Positions 34,456-43,305 of a stretch of DNA of 64,000 nucleotides are shown piece after piece (within the stretch, counting starts at the first letter, position 1; the number at the start of each line of letters is the position of its first letter). Both the position numbers and the translations under genes were made by a program. The stretch is taken from contig JAPPGM010000147.1 in NCBI GenBank assembly GCA_028874995.1, forward strand, positions 4,545 through 68,544, written 5' to 3'. This DNA is from Gemmatimonadota bacterium. Lineage in GTDB: Bacteria > Gemmatimonadota > Gemmatimonadetes > Longimicrobiales > Gaopeijiaceae. The notes beneath the pieces are model-generated. The model was not told where the DNA came from. It worked only from the letters and a program-made list of their open reading frames with translations, and ran no database searches.

Positions 34456-37020
34456 ATGTCTCCACGCACGTCCGCCGAGTTTCGTCGAGCCACGCCATCG
34501 CTCCTCCTCTCCTTGGCCTCAGCCTTGCTTGCCACCCTCGTCCCCTTGGCCACTCCCATGGTGACCGCGCAAGAGCCCCTCCCCACCATAGCCGAAAAAA
34601 CCCGGGGCACCACCGCCAAGGAGGGCTTCTTCAACCTCTACTGGCACGACGGCGACGGCGTCCTCTACTGGGAAATGGATCTCACCGCCGGTGAGTTCCT
34701 CTACCAGATCTCCATGGGATCAGGGCTCGGGTCGAACCCTGTTGGAATCGATCGCGGCCAGCTCCGCGGCACCCACGTCCTCGAGGTCAGGCGGATCGGA
34801 CCCCGCGTCCTCCTCATGCAGCCCAACTACCAGTTCCAGGCACGCAGCGACAACCCAACCGAGGTGCAGGCCGTGCGGGACGCCTTCGCCCCTTCGGTGT
34901 ACTGGGGGTTTGACATCGTGGCCCGTACCGGGGACCGCGTTTTGGTCGACGCCACCCCCTTTTTCCTCCGCGACGCGCGCAACGTGATCGGCCAGATCGC
35001 GCAGCGTGGCGAGGGCAACTTCCGCCTCGACGTGTCCCGTTCGGCCGTTCATCTGCCCGCGACGCAGTCCTTCCCCGACAATACAGAGGTGGAGGCGCTG
35101 CTGACCTTCACCAGCGACAACCCCGGCGGGCTCGTGAGCGGGGTGGCCGCAAACCCGCGCGCGGTGACGCTCCGCCAGCACCACTCCTTCATCCAGCTCC
35201 CCGACGACGGCTACCGGACCCGCATCGCCGACCCCCGCGTCGGCGTCAACGGCCCGACCATCTTCGACTACGCCACCCCCATCGACGAGGACCTGCGCCT
35301 GCGCCTCGCCGCCCGCCACCGCCTCCAGAAACGCAACCCGGGCCCGGAGCCGTCCGAGCCCGTGGAGCCGATCGTGTACTACCTCGATCCCGGCACGCCG
35401 GAGCCGATCCGCAGCGCGCTAATCGAAGGGGCTGCGTGGTGGGGAGAAGCCTTCGAAGCCGCGGGGTTCATCGACGCCTACCGGGTCGAGGTGCTCCCCG
35501 AAGGCGTCGATCCGCAGGACATCCGCTACAACATGATCCACTGGACGCACCGGCGCACGCGCGGGTACTCCTACGGCAACACGGTCATCGATCCGCGCAC
35601 GGGCGAGATCATCCGCGGGGTGGTGAACCTGGGGAGCCTCCGCCTGCGGCAGGACTACCTGCTCGGCAAGGGGATGGTGTCGCCCTTCGCGGGCACGGTG
35701 GGCGACGGCGCAGACGCCTCGACCGACCCGATGTTCTGCGCCCTCTCGGCCGCCCCCGGCTTCGAGTACCTGGCCCAGGTCGCCGGCAACTCGGACGCGG
35801 TCGAGATGGCTCTCGCCCGGGTACGCCAGCTGTCGGCCCACGAAGTCGGCCACACGATCGGCTTCCCGCACAACTACGTAGCCAGCACTTACGGCCGCGA
35901 AAGCGTGATGGACTATCCGGCCCCGTACGTCGAGATCGACGCCGACGGAAACCTGGACCTCTCGAACGCGTACGTGCAGCGGATCGGCGAGTACGACAAG
36001 CTCTCGGTCAACTGGCTCTACCGGGAGTTCCCCGAGGGGACCGACGAGGCGGCCGCGCTCGAGGAGATCGTCCGGCAGGGCATCCGCGACGGCCTGATCT
36101 TCATGGCGCACACCAACAACAACTTCATCGGCGCGGGACACCCCTACGCCGGCGTGTGGGACAACGGCGCCAACCTGGTCGACCACCTCAAGCACGAGAT
36201 CGAGGTCCGCAACATCGGAATGCGGGATTTCGGCGACCACATGATCCGCGCCGGGCGCCCCCTCTCCGATCTCGAGTACGTGCTGCTGCCGCTCTACATG
36301 CACCACCGCTTCCAGCTGCGCGCCGCCGCGCAGAGCCTGGGCGGGGCCGACTACAGCTACGCCGTGAGGGGCGATGGTCAGATCCCCGTCGCGATCGTGC
36401 CGGGCGAGGAGCAGCGCGACGCCCTCGAGACGATCCTGTCGGCGCTCACGGTGGACTTCCTGGCGCTGCCCGAGGAAGTGGTAGCGATGATCCCGCCGGG
36501 GGCGTTCCGCCACCAGGAGGGCGAGGTCTTTCCGGGCCACACCGAGCTGCTCTTCGACCCGCTGGGCGCGGCCGAGGCGGCAGCCGACTTCACCGTGGGC
36601 GAGATCCTGCACCCGGCCCGCATGGCGCGGCTGGTCGTCTATGGCAGCATGGACGACAACCCGGATCTGGAGGAAATCGTCGACCGCCTCATCGAAGCCA
36701 CATGGAGCGCCACCGCGCAACGCGACGAATACCGTACACGCGTACAGCACGTCATCCAGCGCGCGGTGGTGGACCGCATGATGCGCCACGCCGGCAGCGC
36801 GGGCACGATGACCGAGGCGCGGGCGGTCCTCTCCGACCGGCTGGATCGCTTGGCGGGTCAGCTCGAGGCGCTCATGGCGGCGTCGCCGCACCAGCGGCTG
36901 GTAGCGGCCGACATTCGCCGCTGGCAACAGCGGATCGACAACACGACGCCGGCGCCGGCGCTGCAATTGCCCGCCGGGGACCCGATCGGAGGAAACGGGG
37001 GAAGCCGTCGGTCGAGGTAG
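34456..37020 (+). CDS. Large secreted zinc-dependent metalloprotease (DUF5117/DUF4953-type, HExxHxxGxxH)
   Basis: Start at ATG 34456 (MSPRTSAEFRRATPSLLLSLASALLATLVPLATPMVTAQ). Motifs FFNLYWHDGDGVLYWEM, IVYYLDPGTPEP and the active site LSAHEVGHTIGFPHNY ... SVMDYPAPY. Confidence 0.8.
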   Translation: MSPRTSAEFRRATPSLLLSLASALLATLVPLATPMVTAQEPLPTIAEKTRGTTAKEGFFNLYWHDGDGVLYWEMDLTAGEFLYQISMGSGLGSNPVGIDRGQLRGTHVLEVRRIGPRVLLMQPNYQFQARSDNPTEVQAVRDAFAPSVYWGFDIVARTGDRVLVDATPFFLRDARNVIGQIAQRGEGNFRLDVSRSAVHLPATQSFPDNTEVEALLTFTSDNPGGLVSGVAANPRAVTLRQHHSFIQLPDDGYRTRIADPRVGVNGPTIFDYATPIDEDLRLRLAARHRLQKRNPGPEPSEPVEPIVYYLDPGTPEPIRSALIEGAAWWGEAFEAAGFIDAYRVEVLPEGVDPQDIRYNMIHWTHRRTRGYSYGNTVIDPRTGEIIRGVVNLGSLRLRQDYLLGKGMVSPFAGTVGDGADASTDPMFCALSAAPGFEYLAQVAGNSDAVEMALARVRQLSAHEVGHTIGFPHNYVASTYGRESVMDYPAPYVEIDADGNLDLSNAYVQRIGEYDKLSVNWLYREFPEGTDEAAALEEIVRQGIRDGLIFMAHTNNNFIGAGHPYAGVWDNGANLVDHLKHEIEVRNIGMRDFGDHMIRAGRPLSDLEYVLLPLYMHHRFQLRAAAQSLGGADYSYAVRGDGQIPVAIVPGEEQRDALETILSALTVDFLALPEEVVAMIPPGAFRHQEGEVFPGHTELLFDPLGAAEAAADFTVGEILHPARMARLVVYGSMDDNPDLEEIVDRLIEATWSATAQRDEYRTRVQHVIQRAVVDRMMRHAGSAGTMTEARAVLSDRLDRLAGQLEALMAASPHQRLVAADIRRWQQRIDNTTPAPALQLPAGDPIGGNGGSRRSR

Positions 37021-37034
37021 GGGCCGTCCAAGGA

Positions 37035-37058
37035 GCCGCGGGACTGCCAACCCGCGGC
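37035..37058. terminator. GC-rich hairpin between convergent genes
   Basis: GCCGCGGG-actgccaa-CCCGCGGC lies 15 nt after the metalloprotease stop, between convergent genes. No clear U-tract. Confidence 0.4.
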
Positions 37059-37131
37059 AGAACCGGGGGACCGGCCCTTCCTTGCATAGTGCTAGCAGAT
37101 TCTGCTGTCACTCGTCACCGGCGCCCCCCCT

Positions 37132-37860
37132 TCAGCTGACCGGCTTCTGAAACCGGTACCCGAACCCCCGCACGGTCTCGATCCACTCACCCGCGGGGCC
37201 GAGCTTCCCCCTGAGCCGCCGCACGTGCATGTCGACAGTGCGGGTCTGCAGCCGGCTGGCCGCCACGGAATCCACATCCCAGGCCTCGGAGAGCAGTTGG
37301 CGCCGGCTCTGGGTGCGGCCGCGTCGCTCCATCAGCGTCTGCAGGAGGCGGAATTCGGTCGGCGTGAGCGGGACCTCCTCATCGTCGATCGCAACGATAT
37401 GGGCGCCAACGTCCATCCGGAGCGGTCCGGCCCGCAGGATGCGCCCACCCCCGGTGGTGGCCCGGAGTTCTCCCTTTGCACGCCGGAGGATCGCGTCCAC
37501 ACGAAGCACCAGCTCGCGCGGGCTGAAGGGCTTGGTGAGGTAGTCGTCCGCGCCGAGCTCCAGGCCCTGGATACGGTCGGCCTGGTCCTTCTTCGCGGTG
37601 AGGATCAGAACGGGCACTGCCTGGGTGGCGGGGTTGTCGCGGAGCGCCTTGAGTACGTCGTCCCCCGAGATCTCCGGCAACATCCTGTCAAGCACGAGAA
37701 GGTCGGGCAGGTCCCGGTGCAGGGCATCCAGGGCAGCCGCGCCGGTGAGTGCCGTCTCGACCCGGTAGCCTTCGCGGGTGAGCTGGTAGGCGATGAGCGC
37801 CGCGATTTCGGCTTCATCCTCGACGACCAGCACGCGCGGAGGCGTCTTTGTTTCACTCAT
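37132..37860 (-). CDS. OmpR/PhoB-family response regulator; no histidine kinase gene adjacent
   Basis: 242 aa. Receiver domain with RVLVVEDE, LLVLDRMLPEISG, LILTAKK and KPF. Winged helix with LTPTEFRLLQTLM and VRGFGYRF. Confidence 0.9.
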   Translation of the reverse strand: MSETKTPPRVLVVEDEAEIAALIAYQLTREGYRVETALTGAAALDALHRDLPDLLVLDRMLPEISGDDVLKALRDNPATQAVPVLILTAKKDQADRIQGLELGADDYLTKPFSPRELVLRVDAILRRAKGELRATTGGGRILRAGPLRMDVGAHIVAIDDEEVPLTPTEFRLLQTLMERRGRTQSRRQLLSEAWDVDSVAASRLQTRTVDMHVRRLRGKLGPAGEWIETVRGFGYRFQKPVS

Positions 37861-38243
37861 GTGGGCCCGTGGGTTGGCCGCGCTGGTGGCGGCTCCCGAT
37901 CCATGGGGGGAGTGGTCTCATGCTCCCTCCCGCCGAAGGCCGTGCCTCGCTGTCCGACCACTCCGTAGCGGTCACGAAGTTCAGGGTCCTCGTCGTAGTA
38001 GCGAAGAATCTTGAAGTCCGCCGTTCCTCTCCAGAACATCCTTGAACAGCTGAGTCCTGTAAAGCCTTCCCGGGTCCGAAAACGGGTGTAGCAGTCCGTG
38101 TGGACCGAGAAGGTCTCGAGGCCTGCGTCTCGCCGAGGCACTCGACCGACTCGAATTCGAGGGGTTGCGCCGCCGCCCGCACGGACGATTACGGTCACAC
38201 GCTTGCCAGCCGCGGTTCTCTGTGTATGATCTCCGGTGTCCAC
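37857..38243 (-). CDS. Hypothetical 128-aa ORF translationally coupled to the response regulator (uncertain)
   Basis: GTG start at 38243. Its stop overlaps the regulator ATG (ATGA at 37857-37860). GC3 is clearly lower (about 65% by eye) than in neighbouring genes, and I recognise no family. It could be non-coding. Confidence 0.3.
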   Translation of the reverse strand: MDTGDHTQRTAAGKRVTVIVRAGGGATPRIRVGRVPRRDAGLETFSVHTDCYTRFRTREGFTGLSCSRMFWRGTADFKILRYYDEDPELRDRYGVVGQRGTAFGGREHETTPPMDREPPPARPTHGPT

Positions 38244-38418
38244 ACGCAGATAAGGCCCGAAGAGCGTCGGCAGCGTTGGCGCAGATACCCGGCAATCCCA
38301 TGAAACGACGCTGGTGCGGTTCCGGTTCGGTGGCGGGATTCGGCTCCGCAGGCTGGCCCGACCCGGCCAGGGGAATCTCTTGCGCCAGCCTGTGCGTGGC
38401 GGCGGGCGCGTTTTCAGC

Positions 38419-39051
38419 GTGAGTCCCCGTCACACGAAGGACACCGGGGGGGACAGTCTTTCGCGGGCGGTCCGCAGGACCGAGGGCGTGCAGCCATGGC
38501 GCCGCGTGTTTCACATGCTCTGCGGGGTGGCGATGGCGGCCGCCGTGCACCTCATCGGACCGGGGTCCGTGGTGCCCGTGGCAACGCTGGCCGGCGCGCT
38601 GGCCGCGGCCCTGGCGCTGGACTGGATCCGGCTGCGGTCCCGGGCGGCCAACAGGAGATTCTTCCGCTTCTTCTCGGCTCTGGCGTCTCCGCGCGAGGCC
38701 CGCAAGCTGGCATCATCGACCTGGTTTCTGCTGGGCGCACTGACCGTGCTCGTCGTAACGCCGGACCGCGTGTTCGTCCCGGCGATGCTGGTTCTGGCCT
38801 TGGCCGACCCGTCCGCGAGTGTGATCGGGCGGCTGTGGGGCCGGCACAAACTGGGCAAGGGGAGCTGGGAGGGCACGGCGGCCTTCTTCGTGGTTGCGAC
38901 CGCCGTCCTGGTCCCGTTCGCCGGCCTGCAGGCGGCGCTGGTCGCGGCCGCGGCGGTCGCGGTTCTCGAAGTGATGCCCATCGGCATCGACGACAACCTG
39001 ACGGTGCCGTTGGCTACCGCCCTTGTGCTCTGGCTGTTGGGAGCCGCCTGA
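38419..39051 (+). CDS. CTP_transf_1-like membrane protein (phosphatidate cytidylyltransferase/polyprenol kinase family)
   Basis: GTG start at 38419 is inferred. Polytopic, with the C-terminal motif LALADPSASVIGRLWGRHKLGKGSWEGTAAFF typical of this family. Confidence 0.6.
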   Translation: MSPRHTKDTGGDSLSRAVRRTEGVQPWRRVFHMLCGVAMAAAVHLIGPGSVVPVATLAGALAAALALDWIRLRSRAANRRFFRFFSALASPREARKLASSTWFLLGALTVLVVTPDRVFVPAMLVLALADPSASVIGRLWGRHKLGKGSWEGTAAFFVVATAVLVPFAGLQAALVAAAAVAVLEVMPIGIDDNLTVPLATALVLWLLGAA

Positions 39052-39075
39052 GTCCTTCCGGACCGTCCGGCGCGG

Positions 39076-39696
39076 TCAAGCGGTGGTGTTGTCCGCGGCC
39101 ACGCGTCCGCGTCCCCCGGTAACTTCGGCGATCGCCGGGGCAAGATCTTCCAGGTGATGGCTGGGAACCAGGATCCGGTAGTGGACATCCGCACCGAAGG
39201 TCCGCTCGTTGACGGTGGCACCGAAGTCCTCGAGAACGCGGTCCACCCGCCGCACCGCGTCATAGGCCACCGTGACCACGACCGCCCGCCGCTCCACCTT
39301 TTCCACGGTTGGGCACACCTGCAGGACGTGCTTCACGCCCGCGGCATAGGCGCGAGCGAGCCCCCCCGTCCCCAGCTTCACCCCTCCGTAGTAGCGCGCG
39401 CACACCACCACCACCTCGCCCACCCCCGAGTGCAGCAGCGTGTGCAGCATGGGCCTGCCCGCCGTACCGTGCGGCTCCCCTGCGTCGCTCATGCCGACTT
39501 GGGCCGTCGAGCCCGGTTGGCCCGCGTTGTACGCCCAGCAGTAGTGGGTCGCGCCGGGAAACCGTTGACGCGTCTCCCGTACGAACCGCACGGCCTCCAC
39601 TCTGCTGGCCGCCCTGCCCGCGCGGGTCACGAAGCGGCTCCGCCGGACCACGTCCTCGACTTCGGCGACCGCCGCGGGAACTCGGTAGGCATCCAT
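39076..39696 (-). CDS. yigZ: YigZ/IMPACT-family protein (UPF0029)
   Basis: Start at ATG 39696 (MDAYRVP...). Motifs SRFVTRAG, HYCWAY, DAGEPHGTAGRPML and VVVCARYYGGVKLGTGGL. Confidence 0.8.
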   Translation of the reverse strand: MDAYRVPAAVAEVEDVVRRSRFVTRAGRAASRVEAVRFVRETRQRFPGATHYCWAYNAGQPGSTAQVGMSDAGEPHGTAGRPMLHTLLHSGVGEVVVVCARYYGGVKLGTGGLARAYAAGVKHVLQVCPTVEKVERRAVVVTVAYDAVRRVDRVLEDFGATVNERTFGADVHYRILVPSHHLEDLAPAIAEVTGGRGRVAADNTTA

Positions 39697-39810
39697 GGCC
39701 GGGGCACATGTGAAGTGGACTTTCCAATTCGAAAACACCACCTTACTCTACTACCGCGTGACGCGGATCGGAAAACGCCGCACCCAATCGGACCCTTACC
39801 GGGAGAAAGC

Positions 39811-40128
39811 GTGAAGAGGACAGGCGACTCCGCCTCTCGGCCCACCGGGGATTCGCAGAGGGAAGTGCCCCTGCGCGTCCTGGCCGACATCCCCCTGGAA
39901 GAGGAAGTCATCCTGGTGCGGATCGACGTGGCCGGGGATGACGTGGTGCCGCTGCTGGAGCAGGGCATCGTGCCGGGCTGCAAGCTGTGTCCGGTGCGGC
40001 ATGCTCCCGTGGGCGGGCCGACCGTCTATCGCGTGGACGGCGCCCTCGTCGCGCTCCGGAGAGAGACCGCGTCCTGTCTCTGCGTGCGCAGTGCACTGGA
40101 AGCCGCGGGGGTTCTCGACTCGAATTGA
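39811..40128 (+). CDS. feoA: FeoA-family ferrous iron transport protein
   Basis: GTG at 39811 is preceded by gggaga. The SH3-like FeoA pattern reads ILVRIDVAGDDVVPLLEQGIVPGCKLCPVRHAPVGGPTVYRVDGALVALRRETASCLCV. It is directly followed by feoB. Confidence 0.8.
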   Translation: MKRTGDSASRPTGDSQREVPLRVLADIPLEEEVILVRIDVAGDDVVPLLEQGIVPGCKLCPVRHAPVGGPTVYRVDGALVALRRETASCLCVRSALEAAGVLDSN

Positions 40129-42068
40129 ACGCGGGTAGCGCGTCCGCCACACTGTCGGCGGAAGCGGCCGAGGGAACCGCGGCGGACGCCGCCCGCCCGC
40201 TGGTCGCGCTGGTAGGCCCCCCCAATTCGGGGAAGTCCACTCTCTTCAACAACCTCACGGGTCTGCGCCAGAAGGTCGCGAACTACCCTGGGGTCACGGT
40301 CGAGCGACGGTCCGGCGTGGCCGATTCGGATGCCGGTCCGGTCGAGTTGATTGACCTTCCCGGCGTGCACGGACTCTCTCCCCGCAGCGTGGATCAGATG
40401 ATCACGCACAATGCGCTGCTCGGCGAACTGGAAGGTGACCGAAAGCCAGATGCGGTCGTGCTGGTGCTCGACGCCACCCGTCTCCGGTCCCACCTGATGG
40501 TCGCGGAGCCGGTGCTGGGGCTCGGGCTGCCGGCGCTGGTCGTCCTCACCATGGCCGACGAACTGGACCGCCGCGACGGTGAGCTCCGTAGCGCCCGGCT
40601 GTCGCGGGACCTGGGTGTCGAAGTCGCGCTGGTGAACGCCCGCGACACCGGCACGCTGGAACCCGTGCGCCGTTTCCTCACCGCCCTCCACACGGGTGGG
40701 GAGGAGGTGCGCGCCTGTCCGATCGTCGTCGCGGCCGACCACCTCGAGGGGCACCCGTCGGGCCGCTCTCTCCCCGTCATCGACGTCTTCGCCGCCCGGC
40801 GCGAGCGCGCCCGGGAACTGGGACGGTCGGCCGGGTTCAAGGCGCCGCGGCCGTCTCGGTTCACGAACCGGCTCGACGGCCTCGTGCTGCACCGTGTGTG
40901 GGGGCCGGTGATCTTCGCCGTGGTGGTGGGGCTGGTCTTCCAGGCCATCTTCACGTGGGCGGTTCCCCTGATGGACGGCACCGAAGCGCTGATCGGGGCC
41001 TCGGGCGCATACCTCTCGGGCGCGCTGCCCGACACCTGGTTCCGCGCCCTGCTGATCGACGGGGTTTGGGCGGGGGTGGGGTCGGTGCTCGTCTTCCTGC
41101 CCCAGATCCTCATCCTCTTCTTCTTCATCGCGATCATGGAGGACTCCGGGTACATGGCCCGCGCGGCGGTGATTGCGGATCGCGTCATGCACCGCGTGGG
41201 ACTCCAGGGCAAGTCCTTCCTGCCCCTGCTCTCCGCCTACGCCTGCGCGATCCCCGCGATCATGTCCGCGCGCACGGTGGAGGACGAACGGGACCGCATC
41301 GCCACGGTGTTCATCGCGCCGTTCATGACCTGTTCCGCCCGGCTTCCCGTCTACGCGCTGCTGATCGCGGCCTTTGTCCCCGCCGGGCCGCTCCTGGGAC
41401 CGTTCCTGGGACGTCGCACCGCCGTCCTCATCGGCCTCTACGCCCTCGGGCTCCTGGCGGCGGTCGGCACGGCGGCGCTCCTGAAGAGCACGCTGCTGCG
41501 CGGCAGGTCCATGCCCTTCGTCATGGAACTGCCCCCCTACCGCTGGCCCAGCGCCCGCTCGATCGGGACGCGCCTGCTGGACCGCACGAAGATCTTTCTG
41601 CGGCGCGCCGGCAAGATCATCCTGGCCGTGACCATCGTGCTGTGGATCCTTGCCCAGTTCCCGAGGACGCCGGCCGGGGCGCCACCCGAGATCGGCGACA
41701 GCGCGCTCGGTCGCATGGGACAGGTCGTCGAGCCGGCGATCGAGCCGCTCGGTTTCGATTGGCGGGTCGGAATCGGGCTGGTCACGTCGCTGGCCGCCAG
41801 AGAGGTGATCGTTGGCACCCTGGGCACGATCTACGGGGTGGAGGCGGAGGACGACCAGGACTTCGAACTGCGCGCCGCCCTGCAGCAGGATCTGGATTTC
41901 GGGGCCGCGGTGGCGCTGCTCATCTTCTTCGTCTTCGCGCTCCAGTGCATGTCCACCGTGGCCGTGATGCGCCGGGAGACGGGGGGCTGGCGATGGCCGA
42001 TTCTGCAGTTCTGCTACATGCTGACCCTGGCGTACGTGGGCGCCTGGGCGGCGAACACGCTGTTGTGA
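40125..42068 (+). CDS. feoB: Ferrous iron transporter FeoB
   Basis: A TTG start at 40125 overlapping the feoA stop is inferred. G-domain motifs VALVGPPNSGKSTLFNNLTG, DLPG and MADE. The permease gate motifs follow. Confidence 0.9.
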   Translation: MNAGSASATLSAEAAEGTAADAARPLVALVGPPNSGKSTLFNNLTGLRQKVANYPGVTVERRSGVADSDAGPVELIDLPGVHGLSPRSVDQMITHNALLGELEGDRKPDAVVLVLDATRLRSHLMVAEPVLGLGLPALVVLTMADELDRRDGELRSARLSRDLGVEVALVNARDTGTLEPVRRFLTALHTGGEEVRACPIVVAADHLEGHPSGRSLPVIDVFAARRERARELGRSAGFKAPRPSRFTNRLDGLVLHRVWGPVIFAVVVGLVFQAIFTWAVPLMDGTEALIGASGAYLSGALPDTWFRALLIDGVWAGVGSVLVFLPQILILFFFIAIMEDSGYMARAAVIADRVMHRVGLQGKSFLPLLSAYACAIPAIMSARTVEDERDRIATVFIAPFMTCSARLPVYALLIAAFVPAGPLLGPFLGRRTAVLIGLYALGLLAAVGTAALLKSTLLRGRSMPFVMELPPYRWPSARSIGTRLLDRTKIFLRRAGKIILAVTIVLWILAQFPRTPAGAPPEIGDSALGRMGQVVEPAIEPLGFDWRVGIGLVTSLAAREVIVGTLGTIYGVEAEDDQDFELRAALQQDLDFGAAVALLIFFVFALQCMSTVAVMRRETGGWRWPILQFCYMLTLAYVGAWAANTLL

Positions 42069-42176
42069 CGGTCGGGCCGGCGCAGTGCAAATCGCGTGCC
42101 CAGCCGTCGACGCGACGGGAGCCCTGCAGCGATTGCATGTACACTACACCTTCCATAATGGAAAGTAGTCATTACA

Positions 42177-43163
42177 TTGGGTAACGCCAAAGCCAAACCG
42201 TCCAGCCAGGATGCATCGCCGGTCGAAAGCCGGGGGGAATTCCTCCGCGGGAGGCTGGCAGTCCTCACAGTGCTCGCGGGGTTGTCGGGTTGCACCCCCG
42301 ATCAACCCCCTGTGGTGGGAGGTGCCGCTGTGGTGGACGACCGGGGTCGCGCGCACGAGCCCTCCGCCCCCCTCACCCGCATCGTCTCGCTGATCCCGGC
42401 TGTCACCGAGACGCTGGTGGCGATCGGCGGTGCGGACCGACTGGTCGCCCGCACCCGCTACGACGAGGATCCCGCGTTGGCGGACCTGCCGTCGGTGGGC
42501 GGCGGGATCGACCCCAGCCTCGAGTTCCTGGCGCAACTCGACCCCGACCTTGTCGTCCTGTGGGCCTCCGGTGCGAACGGGGTCCTGCTCGAGGACCGCC
42601 TCGATGAGATCGGCCTGGACTGGTACGCTGCCGCCATCCAGACGGTAGACGACTTCCGCCGGCACGCGCGCAACCTGGGCCGCCTGGCCGGTCTGTCCGA
42701 CGCTGCCGACTCCGTGATCGCCCGGGTGGAGCGCGACCTTGCGGCCGCGGAGCGGTTGTGGTCGGGCCGGGACCCGGTGGAGGTGGTGTATGTCGTGCAG
42801 CTCGAGCCTCCAATGACCGTCGGGCCCGGCACCTTTCTGGACTCGCTGCTCGGCACGGCAGGGGCCGTCAACGCCTTCGGCGACATCGCGGGGTCGTGGC
42901 CGCTGGTGAGCATGGAAGAGGTTGTGAGGCGGGACCCAGACTACGTGATCATGCCGGTTCAGGGCTACGGCACGCCCGAGGCGCGGCCAGGCTACCGCGA
43001 CCCTTCCATCGGCCGCCTGGGCGCACGACCGGGCTGGTCCGCGGTCCCGGCGGTGGCGGTGGGCCGGGTCATCTCGGTCGATGGATCGCTCTTCGGCCGA
43101 CCGGGGCCGCGGATGGGCGAAGCCGCGCTCTACCTGGCCACTCGCCTGCACGGGTCACGCTGA
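42177..43163 (+). CDS. Periplasmic binding lipoprotein of the BtuF/FecB (Peripla_BP_2) class, iron-chelate or cobalamin type
   Basis: Lipobox LAGLSGC. Motifs RIVSLIPAVTETLVAIGGADRLVARTRY and DPDLVVLW, and a C-terminal GPRMGEAALYLA. No cognate permease or ATPase gene is present in the window. Confidence 0.8.
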   Translation: MGNAKAKPSSQDASPVESRGEFLRGRLAVLTVLAGLSGCTPDQPPVVGGAAVVDDRGRAHEPSAPLTRIVSLIPAVTETLVAIGGADRLVARTRYDEDPALADLPSVGGGIDPSLEFLAQLDPDLVVLWASGANGVLLEDRLDEIGLDWYAAAIQTVDDFRRHARNLGRLAGLSDAADSVIARVERDLAAAERLWSGRDPVEVVYVVQLEPPMTVGPGTFLDSLLGTAGAVNAFGDIAGSWPLVSMEEVVRRDPDYVIMPVQGYGTPEARPGYRDPSIGRLGARPGWSAVPAVAVGRVISVDGSLFGRPGPRMGEAALYLATRLHGSR

Positions 43164-43194
43164 GGTCCCTCACCACCCGGCCTCCTGCCTGAGC

Positions 43195-43305
43195 GGCCCC
43201 CGCTGACGCCACGATGTAACGTCGCTGCCCGGCCCGCGGTCCCCGCTGACGTCACGCTGTAGCCTGGCGACCCGGGCTCACGGCCCCCATTGACGCCCGC
43301 TACGG
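43195..43305. repeat. Three direct repeats of about 24 bp (GGYCCCCGCTGACGYCACGMTGTARC) with 43-44-bp period
   Basis: ggcccccgctgacgccacgatgtaacg at 43195, ggtccccgctgacgtcacgctgtagcc at 43238, and the degenerate ggcccccattgacgcccgctacgg at 43282. They lie in the intergenic region between convergent genes. Confidence 0.55.

Noticed and set aside
42140-42176. Fur box upstream of the iron/cobalamin-type binding protein gene (ataatggaaagtagtcattac, palindrome ttccat-a-atggaa)
   Set aside because: The half-site spacing does not fit the 19-bp GATAATGATAATCATTATC consensus, which needs 4 nt between the ATAATG and TCATTA arms where 8 are present here. It may still be an operator, but I cannot call it Fur.
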